In this document: positions 48,831-57,963 of the stretch, in pieces
Layout of the letters: each line of letters begins with the position of its first letter
Numbering within the stretch: position 1 is the stretch's first letter
Assembly: GCA_023269085.1 (NCBI GenBank)
Contig: JAHFML010000002.1
Coordinates: forward strand, 1,266 to 65,265
DNA from: a bacterium
Lineage (GTDB): Bacteria; Patescibacteriota; Minisyncoccia; Phycocordibacterales; Phycocordibacteraceae
Length of the DNA stretch: 64,000 bases
Reading direction: 5' to 3'
Position numbers and translations under genes: made by a program
Notes under the pieces: generated by a model
Seen by the model: the letters and a program-made list of their open reading frames with translations, nothing else
Databases searched by the model: none
Told to the model about the DNA's origin: nothing

Positions 48831-49772
48831 CTACCGCACAAAGCGGGTGTAGATGCCGGCGGGGATGACGCGGTCGCCTGTGGTCTCTTTGATGAAGAGC
48901 TCGCCACATTCACCATGCGTCTCGCCGCCTGCGCCGAGCATGGTCGAGGCGAAAGCGCTCTCGACCGCCTGCGCGAAAGAGCGCGGGGCATAGCCGGCGG
49001 CATAGCCGTTCAAGAGGAAGAATGAGCCCGGTGTGTCGGCGAGCAGGTCGTGCAGGGTAATGAGCAATTCGGGGAGCGCTTCTTCGATCTTCCACACCTC
49101 GCCCTTGGCGCCGCGCCCGAAGGCGGGCGGGTCGAGGATAATGCCGTCGTAGTGAACGTCGCGGCGCAGCTCGCGGCGGGCGAAGGCGAAGGCGTCGTCG
49201 AGCACCCAGCGGATAGCGTCTTCGCTCACCCCCGAGCGGCGCGCGTTGTCGTGCGCCCAGTCGAGCGACTGCTTGGACGCATCGACATGCGTCACCTTCG
49301 CTCCCGCCTGTGCCACAACGACCGAGGCGATACCGGTGTAACCGAAGAGGTTAAGCACGTGGGGAGAAATGTCGGACATCGTAAGTCCTACATCTGATGT
49401 AGGACTTACGATGTCCGACATAGAAATTGCCTTCACGCGCCCTTCGAGCCACTCCCAGTTAGGCGCCTGCTCGGGGAAGATGCCCGTGTGCTTGAAGCTC
49501 GTGAGCGCGGCGGTGAACTTCGCGTCTCGCCACGCGAGCTCCCATACGTCGGGAACGGGCTTTCGGACGTCCCAGCCGCCACGCTTATCGCGGAAGACGA
49601 AGACCGCGTGCGCATCATGCCATAATTCCGGTCGCCGCTTCGCCCACAACGCTTGCGTCTCTGGCCGCGCGACAATGACCTCGCCGAAGCGTTCGAGCTT
49701 CATGTTATCGCCAGAGTCGATGAGCTCGTAATCGCTCCAAGGAAGTGTTGTGAGATGTTGGTCGTATTTCAT
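48831..49772 (-). CDS. class I SAM-dependent rRNA methyltransferase (RlmI/RlmK-like) with an in-frame palindromic insertion
   Basis: FGYTGIASVVVAQAGA SAM motif I, ILDPPAF motif IV. Confidence 0.6.
   Translation of the reverse strand: MKYDQHLTTLPWSDYELIDSGDNMKLERFGEVIVARPETQALWAKRRPELWHDAHAVFVFRDKRGGWDVRKPVPDVWELAWRDAKFTAALTSFKHTGIFPEQAPNWEWLEGRVKAISMSDIVSPTSDVGLTMSDISPHVLNLFGYTGIASVVVAQAGAKVTHVDASKQSLDWAHDNARRSGVSEDAIRWVLDDAFAFARRELRRDVHYDGIILDPPAFGRGAKGEVWKIEEALPELLITLHDLLADTPGSFFLLNGYAAGYAPRSFAQAVESAFASTMLGAGGETHGECGELFIKETTGDRVIPAGIYTRFVR
49371..49419. repeat. palindromic element family 1 variant (GTCGGACATCGTAAGTCCTACATC | GATGTAGGACTTACGATGTCCGAC), perfect 24+24 palindrome in frame in the methyltransferase
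   Basis: Encodes MSDIVSPTSDVGLTMSDI; shares the GGACATCG/CGATGTCC core with the lepA copy. Confidence 0.85.
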
Positions 49773-50524
49773 AGCGCTTCAGGGTGCTTTTTACTCCACT
49801 CGTAGAAGACGACCGCGGCCGAGACGGCCGCGTTCAGCGACTCGGTGCGCGGATGCATCGGTATCGAGAGCGTCGTGTCGCAGTGTTCGAGCGTTTTCTC
49901 GCGGATGCCAGCGCCTTCGTTTCCGATGACAAAAGCCGTCGGCGTGTCGAAGGTCTCGGTGCCAAGATTCGTCGAGCCCGTCATTGCGAGACCGTAGATC
50001 CAGAAGCCACGCTCCTTGAGGAGGGCAATCGTCGCGTTCACATTGCCGATAGCGACAAGCGGGATACGGAAGGCCATGCCGGCCGAAGTCTTCACGACCG
50101 CGCCGGTGACGCCCGCTTGATTGTGTTCGGGGATGAGCACGCCCGAGACGCCGAAGGCCGCCGCCGAGCGAATGATTGCGCCGACGTTGTGCGGGTCCTG
50201 CACTTCACCCAAGATGACGAGTGCAGGATTCTTCGTGAGGTCGAGTCTCGCGAGCAGAGAGTCAAGCGAGATGAGCAGGACCGCAGGGTCCATCACTGCT
50301 ATGACGCCCTGATGCACCGCGTCGCGTCCCGCGAGTTCGCGGCCTTGGCTCGCACCGAGCTCTGCGGCCGGTATCGCATGCCTCTCTATGAGCGTGCGCA
50401 GATCAGCATCGCGTACCTCCGGCGCGAGGAAAACTTTGCGGATCACCTGCGGCGTGTTCTCGAGCGCTTCCATGAGCGCGTGCTTGCCGTAAATATAGAC
50501 TTTTTCTTTTACCTTCGCCTTCAT
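49769..50524 (-). CDS. TrmH/SpoU-family RNA 2'-O-methyltransferase (RlmB-like)
   Basis: VQDPHNVGAIIRSAAAFG motif. Confidence 0.75.
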   Translation of the reverse strand: MKAKVKEKVYIYGKHALMEALENTPQVIRKVFLAPEVRDADLRTLIERHAIPAAELGASQGRELAGRDAVHQGVIAVMDPAVLLISLDSLLARLDLTKNPALVILGEVQDPHNVGAIIRSAAAFGVSGVLIPEHNQAGVTGAVVKTSAGMAFRIPLVAIGNVNATIALLKERGFWIYGLAMTGSTNLGTETFDTPTAFVIGNEGAGIREKTLEHCDTTLSIPMHPRTESLNAAVSAAVVFYEWSKKHPEAL

Positions 50525-50546
50525 TATGAAAAGTTATAGCACAAAA

Positions 50547-51713
50547 TCACGCGCCGCGAGACAGGCTGTTCTTGAGTCGGGAGATCTGGCCGATGAGGAG
50601 CGTGTTGCCGGCGAGGATGATGATGAAGATGAGGATGAGCGACGATCCGCCGAGGAAGATGCCTCCCATGATAGCGACGAGCGCGGCGCCGAGCGTGGTC
50701 ACGATATTGTCCATTGCGACGCCGACGATAGCGTCGCCAATGCGGCCGTTCGGATGTACCGAGAAGTTGTGGACGATCATCATCTCTCCGAAACAGCCGA
50801 TGATGCCCGCGAGCACGCCCGTGATGACAAAGGGCAGGTGGGAGAGGTGCGAGAAGGCCTCCATACCAACGACCATCGCTTCAGCACCGAAGAGGATAGC
50901 GGCGCCCGAGAGGACGAGATCGAGCCAGATGCGCCACGTGCTCATCGCCGCATAGGCGCGCTCCTCGATGATTTCTTCGGCATCAAGTATTTCAGGCGCG
51001 TGACTGTGCCGGAAGAAATAGAGAACAGCAACACAGAGGAAGAAGAGTAGGACGCCGACCGGCATGACGAGCTGGTAGAGATCGCCTTCCATCGACACGA
51101 TATTGCTGTCGACTCGGCCGAAGAGCACCATGCTGATAGCCGCAAGAGCAGTGAGGAGCGTGAGGGCGATGAGCACCTCGACCGCGGCGTCCATCTCGCG
51201 CACGCTTGGCTTCGCCTTGTGCTCTGCGAGCGGGCGCACGATGCCGAAGGAGCGGACGCCGGGGAGCATGAGCACGTGCGTGTGGAGCCGATCCGCGAGA
51301 TTCTGCCGCCAGACGCACCACGTCGCGTGGAAGATGTTATAGATATTCGAGCCGAAGGTCGCGGCCGCGGCGAGGATAGCGAGGTCGATCGCGCGCGCGT
51401 AGTCGGTGCTCTTGAACTGGAGCGAGAGGATGGCGGCCACGACGCCGATGATCATGTCGGGGAAGGCCGTGCCGAAGGACTGGAGGAAGCCGCCGGCGAG
51501 GCCGGTTCGCTCCTTCAACACATCCGTCGTCTCTTCGATGATGCGTGTCGTCCCGATAAAGATGTAGCCGATGCCGACCGCGAAGATGCCGATTATGACG
51601 AGCATCTGCAGCCACCAGGGATCGGTGCCAGCGAGGAGCTGGTCAGCGACAACAAACTTCAACACGAGCCCGCCGGCGACGAACGAGAGAACTCTGAAGA
51701 ATGGGGAAGACAT
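50547..51713 (-). CDS. CaCA-family cation (Ca2+/Na+) antiporter
   Basis: Alpha-repeat like GFLQSFGTAFPDM, about 10 TM helices. Confidence 0.55.
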   Translation of the reverse strand: MSSPFFRVLSFVAGGLVLKFVVADQLLAGTDPWWLQMLVIIGIFAVGIGYIFIGTTRIIEETTDVLKERTGLAGGFLQSFGTAFPDMIIGVVAAILSLQFKSTDYARAIDLAILAAAATFGSNIYNIFHATWCVWRQNLADRLHTHVLMLPGVRSFGIVRPLAEHKAKPSVREMDAAVEVLIALTLLTALAAISMVLFGRVDSNIVSMEGDLYQLVMPVGVLLFFLCVAVLYFFRHSHAPEILDAEEIIEERAYAAMSTWRIWLDLVLSGAAILFGAEAMVVGMEAFSHLSHLPFVITGVLAGIIGCFGEMMIVHNFSVHPNGRIGDAIVGVAMDNIVTTLGAALVAIMGGIFLGGSSLILIFIIILAGNTLLIGQISRLKNSLSRGA

Positions 51714-51715
51714 TT

Positions 51716-51790
51716 GGTGCGCGGTGAGGAACTCGAATCCCCGACCCTCTCAACGTCAATGAGATGCTCTACCAGCTGAGCTAACCGCGC
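51716..51790 (-). tRNA. tRNA-Val (anticodon GAC), CCA encoded
   Basis: Acceptor GCGCGGT/ACCGCGC, anticodon loop TTGACGT, T-loop GATTCGAGTTC. Confidence 0.85.
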
Positions 51791-52108
51791 AGTGCCAACA
51801 TTGTAGCAGAAACGAGAGAAAATAAAATAGGTGGTTGCGGATGATTGGCGATATGGTAGAATACAGGTGGCAGACAGATAGCGTGAGCGTTGTGCTCGCA
51901 CGTCGGCCTGCCGTCGCCCAAACATAGGAGAAAGAAACATGAGCGACAAGCAGAAAAAACCGACGACCGACGACAACGGCGTGAATTACGAGGAGGTGCT
52001 CGCTCGCTTCCTCGCAGCGAGTGCACGGTATTTTGCTTCTAAGTCCGGCGAACAAATCGCCTGATTTCATGAAGCCCGGCGGCCCACGTGGCCGCTTTTT
52101 CTATTTTG

Positions 52109-52180
52109 TGACCCCACGGGGAATCGAACCCCGATTTACGCCGTGAAAGGGCGCTGTCCTAACCGTTAGACGATAGGGCC
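52109..52180 (-). tRNA. tRNA-Glu (anticodon UUC)
   Basis: CGCCCTTTCACGGCG anticodon arm as in bacterial tRNA-Glu; acceptor with two G-U wobbles. Confidence 0.8.
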
Positions 52181-52251
52181 CTGCCTGCCGACAGACAAGC
52201 GTTGCTTCAACCTTACCATTTTCGACATGAAATGCTAGGATAGGGGGACAC

Positions 52252-52338
52252 GGAGAGGTGGCAGAGTGGTCGAATGCACTGGTTTCGAAAACCAGCAGGG
52301 GCGAAAGCTCCTCGTGGGTTCAAATCCCACCCTCTCCG
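52252..52338 (+). tRNA. tRNA-Ser (anticodon CGA)
   Basis: Acceptor GGAGAGG/CCTCTCC, anticodon loop TTCGAAA, long variable arm, T-loop GGTTCAAATCC. Confidence 0.85.
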
Positions 52339-53858
52339 CAGAAAGAAACTTCCGAATCCGAAAGGTGGGAAGAAGCCCGCGCCGAAGGCGCGGGAGTGGG
52401 CAAAAGATGCCGTCGCTCCGCGACGAATTGGGACGGGACGGGCGTGGCGAACTGGGCGGATTTGTCACGAACCAAGGGGTTCGTTCCGATTTTTTGGACG
52501 AACGATTTGATTTGGTACAAATCAGATGAGGGGGACAAAAAATTGGCTTGTTTCGTATCTAAAATCCATTCCCGCAAGGGTTCGACCCAATTATTTCTTC
52601 CGCGTTCAAAATCTTTCTCTTTTTGACGCAAAGCGGCGAGAGAGCGCATGAGCATATCTTTTCGCTTCAAGTAAATATCCTTTGGTACATCACCATCGAG
52701 ATACGTAGAAACCAGTTTTTCCATGCGCTCCTCGTTCGCTTTGATACTGTCGTAAAGATTTTGAACCTCGCTTTGCGACGCTCTAATTTCCTCACGCTCC
52801 CACACTTTCACTTTGTTCAACATCCAATCGGTATAGCGATCGCAAAGCGAAATTGTTTGAAGCCGTGCACAGAGTTGCCGTGCAAGCTCACTTTCTTGCA
52901 AATACGCTTGCGAACAGTGGCCGCGCTTTTTCGAGCACCGATAATACCGATAACGACCACCAGATTTTCCAGTTGCCCACTGCGCGGAAATCATCGAACC
53001 ACACTCGGCGCATCGAAAAAGACCAGTAAAAGGAAAATCATGCTTGATTTTCCTTTTACGCGGCCGTTCTTTCGTTTGCAATACTTTCTGCACGGCTTCA
53101 AACAATTGCGGAGAAATAATTGGCTCAAAGTTTCCATCAAACCATTCCTGTCCATGCTTCACAAAACCAAGATAGGCACGATGCGTAAGAAGCCGTTTGA
53201 TGGAAACTTTGGCAAGTGGCGTTTGGTTACGAGTCACCACGCCCAAGTCCGCCAAAAATTGAGCGAGCGAAATATAAGTGTGCGACCCCTTGGCGTATTC
53301 TTGAAAAGCTAGATTTACCACGCGAGCATTTGTCGGATGAGGCTCAATATTTCTCACCTTCGGATTATTGGTGTAGCCAAAGGGAGCTAAATTCAACCAT
53401 TCGCCTCGTCTCAATTTTTGGCGGACGCCACGCTTGATATTGTCAGATAGATTATCACTGTAATATTTCGATTGCCCAAACGCCACTTGCAACATAAAGA
53501 GCCCTTGCGGGGTTGGTTCAAACCAAAATGTCGGAAAGCGCAAAGACACAACCTTGTGAGTGTCTACGGCGTAAATAACTCGTCCACCGTCAATACTGTT
53601 ACGCGCGAGGCGGTCGGGATGCCACGCCAATATACCGACACCATCTAGTTTTTCAATTTTCGCGAACATTTCGCCGAACACCTCGCGCCCCGGTGTCTTT
53701 GCGCTTTTCGACTCTTGAAATTCCTCAAGAATTTCAAGATTTTCTTTACGCGCCAATTCTCGCAGTTCAAAAAGCTGTGCCTCAATGGACATCACTTGTC
53801 GGTCATCATCCTCGGTACTCTTACGCGCGTATAGAAAATATTTTGGTTTGATATTCAT
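52320..53858 (-). CDS. large serine recombinase (true start MNIKPKYFLYARKST at 53858; last ~45 codons lie within IR1-L)
   Basis: Resolvase catalytic domain YARKSTEDDDRQVMSIEAQ (Ser nucleophile), recombinase domain, Cys4 zinc ribbon CAECGS...YRCSKKRGHC, C-terminal coiled coil. Confidence 0.85.
   Translation of the reverse strand: MNIKPKYFLYARKSTEDDDRQVMSIEAQLFELRELARKENLEILEEFQESKSAKTPGREVFGEMFAKIEKLDGVGILAWHPDRLARNSIDGGRVIYAVDTHKVVSLRFPTFWFEPTPQGLFMLQVAFGQSKYYSDNLSDNIKRGVRQKLRRGEWLNLAPFGYTNNPKVRNIEPHPTNARVVNLAFQEYAKGSHTYISLAQFLADLGVVTRNQTPLAKVSIKRLLTHRAYLGFVKHGQEWFDGNFEPIISPQLFEAVQKVLQTKERPRKRKIKHDFPFTGLFRCAECGSMISAQWATGKSGGRYRYYRCSKKRGHCSQAYLQESELARQLCARLQTISLCDRYTDWMLNKVKVWEREEIRASQSEVQNLYDSIKANEERMEKLVSTYLDGDVPKDIYLKRKDMLMRSLAALRQKEKDFERGRNNWVEPLREWILDTKQANFLSPSSDLYQIKSFVQKIGTNPLVRDKSAQFATPVPSQFVAERRHLLPTPAPSARASSHLSDSEVSFCGEGGI
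52336..52466. repeat. IR1-L: 131-bp inverted repeat starting inside the last 3 nt of tRNA-Ser(CGA)
   Basis: Perfect reverse-complement match to 53883-54013. Contains internal hairpin CCCGCGCCgaaGGCGCGGG. Confidence 0.9.
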
Positions 53859-53882
53859 ATTGCTTTTAGATACGAAACAAGA

Positions 53883-54013
53883 GACAAATCCGCCCAGTTC
53901 GCCACGCCCGTCCCGTCCCAATTCGTCGCGGAGCGACGGCATCTTTTGCCCACTCCCGCGCCTTCGGCGCGGGCTTCTTCCCACCTTTCGGATTCGGAAG
54001 TTTCTTTCTGCGG
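53883..54013. repeat. IR1-R: inverted partner of IR1-L, 25 bp upstream of the recombinase start codon
   Basis: 131/131 identity as reverse complement. An extra 17-nt match (cttgtttcgtatctaaaa) lies just outside. Confidence 0.9.
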
Positions 54014-54254
54014 TGATGTATTAACCTTTGCGCGAACCCACTTCGCACGCGCGGAGCGCGTGGTGGCTTGAAACTGCACTGTACGCTCCGATTGCGTGGC
54101 GATGCGAACCAATGCGCCTCGGACACGCTCGCGGACTCGCGTGTGCAAAAACCAAAAAATTTCCTTGCATTTTCCTCGCGTCTCCTCCCCCCACCCCTCC
54201 ACCGCGAAGCGGAAAAAGAAATGGAAAGGAAATTTTTGGTTTTGCTTCGCCGTT
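54010..54254. repeat. IR2-L: 245-bp inverted repeat overlapping IR1-R by 4 nt
   Basis: Perfect reverse-complement match to 56021-56265; contains C-rich tract cctccccccacccctcc. Confidence 0.9.
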
Positions 54255-54347
54255 AGCAATTGAAAAAATCCATAAATAATGCTATCCTTGTTTTGTGAGC
54301 AAAGAAAGTAACGACTCATATTTCTATACTATCAAAAGTAGCATACT

Positions 54348-54545
54348 ATGGCAACTATATCACAGAACATAAAGCGTATCCGTACAAAACAAGGATTAAC
54401 GCAGGACGACTTGGCGAAGAAAGCGGACATTAAGTATTCTACTCTCACAAAAATTGAGGGTGGTGTCGTTACAAAACCAAGCGTTCAGACAATTCAAAAA
54501 ATCGCCAAGTCGTTAGGCGTTCCAATGGAGGAATTAGTAAAATAA
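54348..54545 (+). CDS. XRE-family helix-turn-helix transcriptional regulator (65 aa)
   Basis: QGLTQDDLAKKADIKYSTLTKIEGG matches the Cro/CI HTH. Confidence 0.8.
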   Translation: MATISQNIKRIRTKQGLTQDDLAKKADIKYSTLTKIEGGVVTKPSVQTIQKIAKSLGVPMEELVK

Positions 54546-54555
54546 ATTTACAAAT

Positions 54556-55041
54556 ATGGAAAATAAAAACAATACACCTGTTGAGATTGACGAGGTTAAG
54601 CTACAGGAAACTATCGCACGAGTTATAAAAGGCGAGGGTAGTGAGGAGGATATAAAATTTGTAAAAGACATCGAAGAACTCATAGGCGAACCAGTCATAG
54701 GAGAAAAATCGCGTATGCTCGCAGAAAAAATTAAAGCCAACAAAAATGCTTTGGCTCAAATTGTGGTAGAGAAAGATATTAAGTTGGAAAAGCTAGAAAA
54801 AGAAACAGCAGCTAAGTTGGCAGAAAATGACGCTGATTACGAGCGTAAATTGAAAGATTTGAATGTTTTGCAGTTTGATACAGAACAAAAAGCGAGAGCA
54901 AGGCAAACCAAAATGAGGCTGATTTGGGGAATTGTCGCTTTATGTGCAGTGACTTTTGTTACCAAAATTTTTGGCATAGGCATAGGATTATTTGTTTTAG
55001 GAATTTTTGCAGTCATTTTTTACGCCTTCAAGAACAGATAA
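54556..55041 (+). CDS. coiled-coil protein with C-terminal double-TM anchor (161 aa), hypothetical
   Basis: ORF track; AT-rich; 10 bp after the XRE gene. Confidence 0.45.
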   Translation: MENKNNTPVEIDEVKLQETIARVIKGEGSEEDIKFVKDIEELIGEPVIGEKSRMLAEKIKANKNALAQIVVEKDIKLEKLEKETAAKLAENDADYERKLKDLNVLQFDTEQKARARQTKMRLIWGIVALCAVTFVTKIFGIGIGLFVLGIFAVIFYAFKNR

Positions 55042-55044
55042 GGA

Positions 55045-55680
55045 ATGAAAACAAAAGCCATTTTTAGGAAGGCTCAAAAGGCGTTAGATGAAGAACGTAT
55101 AAAAGAAAAGGAGCTGAAAGATATAATCGGCTTTTGTTTTGATTCCGATCAAGAGTCAGAAAATTTTGTCCGGAAATGTTTGAAGAAAAACAAAACCAGA
55201 TGGATGTTGAATAGACTGCAATGGTTCGTTGAGTTAGCAGATTTTCAGAAATACGATAGCGTAAAAACTTTTTTCTTAATTGCTATTGCGGAAACAAATA
55301 TAAAGCTGTTTGAAAATCGATTCAAGGATAATTCAAATGAAGTGGCGGATGTTAAAAAGTTTTTTGCTCGATTTTCAAAACAAGATAAAGATGAATTACG
55401 ACGATATTTTTTCAAAACAGATAAGTTTTTAAATAAAAAATCTTTCAAATTTGATAAAGTTGTTGATATTTTACTTAATGTTCGCCACAGAGTTGTTCAT
55501 GGTAAAAATCATTACGATTTCAGATTCCATGACGGAAGCGATACTTTGATGAATATCATTTTTGGTGAAATAGGTACAAAAAATAAAAAGAGAAGAATTA
55601 GATATGAACTCGAAATCACATATAAGAATTTCAGGGAAATGATGATAAAAAATGCGATTGAAAATTTAAAAACAGCGTAA
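55045..55680 (+). CDS. hypothetical 211-aa protein with R-x4-H motif (RHRVVH), possible HEPN/Abi-like
   Basis: ORF track; AT-rich, Lys-rich; motif seen by eye only. Confidence 0.4.
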   Translation: MKTKAIFRKAQKALDEERIKEKELKDIIGFCFDSDQESENFVRKCLKKNKTRWMLNRLQWFVELADFQKYDSVKTFFLIAIAETNIKLFENRFKDNSNEVADVKKFFARFSKQDKDELRRYFFKTDKFLNKKSFKFDKVVDILLNVRHRVVHGKNHYDFRFHDGSDTLMNIIFGEIGTKNKKRRIRYELEITYKNFREMMIKNAIENLKTA

Positions 55681-56020
55681 GGTTTAGTAAGGGAGCAACC
55701 CTCGCCGTTTTATAATTTCTTCTAAAAACAGCGGGGTTGTTGTGCGCGCATTGGGTGGGTGGGGCAAGCACATATAGATTTGCTTGTGCCTTAGCACAAT
55801 TCATAATTCTTTGAGATACCACCAAACTCTCTCGGAGCCACAGAGCGAACACACGCAACGCCGAAGCAGCCAGCGCGAGCTTGCGAGCGGGCTATGCGTA
55901 GGCGTTTGTGTGTGGTTGTGTTACCACTAAACGCGGATACGAGAGCGCCTCGGTCGCCGTGAGGGCGGAGAAAAGAGCAACCAAAAGTGATAAACTAATA
56001 GTGCTCTTTTCGGAGACTGA

Positions 56021-56265
56021 AACGGCGAAGCAAAACCAAAAATTTCCTTTCCATTTCTTTTTCCGCTTCGCGGTGGAGGGGTGGGGGGAGGAGACGCGAG
56101 GAAAATGCAAGGAAATTTTTTGGTTTTTGCACACGCGAGTCCGCGAGCGTGTCCGAGGCGCATTGGTTCGCATCGCCACGCAATCGGAGCGTACAGTGCA
56201 GTTTCAAGCCACCACGCGCTCCGCGCGTGCGAAGTGGGTTCGCGCAAAGGTTAATACATCACCGC
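56021..56265. repeat. IR2-R: inverted partner of IR2-L, 77 bp upstream of the DedA-like gene
   Basis: 245/245 identity as reverse complement. Confidence 0.9.
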
Positions 56266-56341
56266 TTGAGTCTGCGAAAGCGGAAGGAGCGATGTGCCTG
56301 CGCACATCGCTCACCCCGCTAGTGATATACTAGAAACTATC

Positions 56342-56959
56342 ATGTCGGTCGAGACGCTCACGCAGCTGATACTGCAATATCGCTACTGGATTCTCGTCCC
56401 ACTCTCGCTCGCCGAGGGGCCGGTAGTCGCCTTCGTCGCGGGGACGCTCGCCTCGGTCGGCCTCTTCGATATTTATTTCCTTGCGGTTTTCTTTTTCATG
56501 CGCGACATGGGGCTCGATGGCGTCTACTATGCCGCGGGCTACTTCGGCGGCCGCACCAAGTTTGCCGAGCGGATGCTCACAAAAATCGGTATCACCGACG
56601 ACCATCTCGAGCGCGTGCGGACGCTCTGGGACAAGCGACCGGGCATGACGATGCTCATCGGCAAGCTCTCTTATGGCATCGCCTCGGCCTTCATTGTCGT
56701 GGCGGGGATGATACGCATGCCGCTCCGCGACTTCTTCGGCTATGGGGCGCTCGTCGCGGTGCTCGAGTATGGCTCGCTCCTCTTCGCGGGCTACTTCCTC
56801 GGCGCCTCATTCGGCGGGAGTGCGGCGAATGTTATCAACAACGCGCAATACGCCATCGGCATCGCGGCGATTATTATCTCAATCTACTACCTCGTGAGCT
56901 GGCGCGTCCGTGGCGAATTCTTAAAAGAAGATAAAGAGATTGAGGAGACGCCGGTATGA
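56342..56959 (+). CDS. DedA/TVP38 family membrane protein
   Basis: Characteristic DedA TM pattern, GKLSYGIASAF block. Confidence 0.7.
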   Translation: MSVETLTQLILQYRYWILVPLSLAEGPVVAFVAGTLASVGLFDIYFLAVFFFMRDMGLDGVYYAAGYFGGRTKFAERMLTKIGITDDHLERVRTLWDKRPGMTMLIGKLSYGIASAFIVVAGMIRMPLRDFFGYGALVAVLEYGSLLFAGYFLGASFGGSAANVINNAQYAIGIAAIIISIYYLVSWRVRGEFLKEDKEIEETPV

Positions 56960-57963
56960 AGAGGCTGCTCATCGTGACCGACGCGTGGGAGCCGCAGGTG
57001 AACGGCGTCGTGCGCGTTGTCCAAGCGCTCTTGCCAGAGCTTGCCGCACGCGGCTATGAGGTCAGCATCATCGAGCCGAGCCAATTCAGGAGAGTGGCGA
57101 TGCCTTTTTACCCCGAGATACCGCTCGCGCTCTTCGCGCGTCGCCGGGTCGCGCGCATGATTAGCGAGATACAACCTGATGCTGTCTGCCTCATGACCGA
57201 GGGGCCTTTGGGCTGGGCCGCGCGCGCGGCATGCCGCGCGCGCGGCATCCCCTTCGCCTCGTGGTACCACAGCCACTTCCAGCTCTATGTTGATGTGCGT
57301 TTGCGCGGGCTCTTGCGCCCGGCGCAGGCATTCATCCGCCATTTCCATAGCGCGGCGGCACACACTATCGTCTCGACCGAGAGCTTGAAGCAAGTGCTCG
57401 AAGCGGACGGTTTCAAGAATCTCGTCGTCGTGCCGCTCGGCGTCGACATCGAGCTCTTCACGCGCAATCCGAATCCGCCATTGCCGCCACTACCGTCGCC
57501 CGTCTTCGTCTACTTCGGCCGCTTAGCACCCGAGAAGAATGTCGAAGAATTCTTACAGCTCGCCTTACCGGGCACGAAGCTCGTCATCGGCGATGGCCCT
57601 TTACGAAAAAAATTAGAAGAAAAATATGGCGGCACGCATAAGTTTGTTGGCTATAAACGAGGAGTCGAGCTTGTCGACTGGCTCTCACTCGCGGACGTGT
57701 TCGTCTTCCCCTCGCTGACCGAGACCTTCGGCCTCGTGGTTGTCGAAGCTCTTGCGTGCGGCCTCGCGGTCGCGGCGCACGATGTCATGGGCCCGCGCGA
57801 CATCATTGAGCAAGGCGTTGACGGCTATCTCTCCGACGACCTCCAGAGCGCCGCGCTTCAGTGTCTCGACCTCTCGCGCGCGGCCTGTCGCAAAAAGGCG
57901 GAGCAATATAGTTGGTCGCACTCGGCCGATGAGTTTATCAAGATACTCACCAAACTAGCCTAG
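56956..57963 (+). CDS. GT4-family glycosyltransferase
   Basis: C-terminal EX7E-like block FPSLTETFGLVVVEALACGLAV. Confidence 0.75.
   Translation: MKRLLIVTDAWEPQVNGVVRVVQALLPELAARGYEVSIIEPSQFRRVAMPFYPEIPLALFARRRVARMISEIQPDAVCLMTEGPLGWAARAACRARGIPFASWYHSHFQLYVDVRLRGLLRPAQAFIRHFHSAAAHTIVSTESLKQVLEADGFKNLVVVPLGVDIELFTRNPNPPLPPLPSPVFVYFGRLAPEKNVEEFLQLALPGTKLVIGDGPLRKKLEEKYGGTHKFVGYKRGVELVDWLSLADVFVFPSLTETFGLVVVEALACGLAVAAHDVMGPRDIIEQGVDGYLSDDLQSAALQCLDLSRAACRKKAEQYSWSHSADEFIKILTKLA

Noticed and set aside
51940-52063. 41-aa ORF (MSDKQKKPTTDDNGVNYEEVLARFLAASARYFASKSGEQIA) between tRNA-Val and tRNA-Glu
   Set aside because: Plausible small protein in the right GC context, but too short to support without homology or expression evidence. 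Not reported as a feature.
52235-54319. Track ORFs inside the inverted repeats (52235-52468, 52266-52529, 53785-54024, 53866-54126, 53855-54319, 55908-56333, 54028-54279, 55927-56247)
   Set aside because: They are mirror-image translations of the same repeat DNA (identical peptides appear on both strands at both copies) and were treated as repeat sequence, not genes. Exception: the recombinase C-terminus does read through IR1-L.
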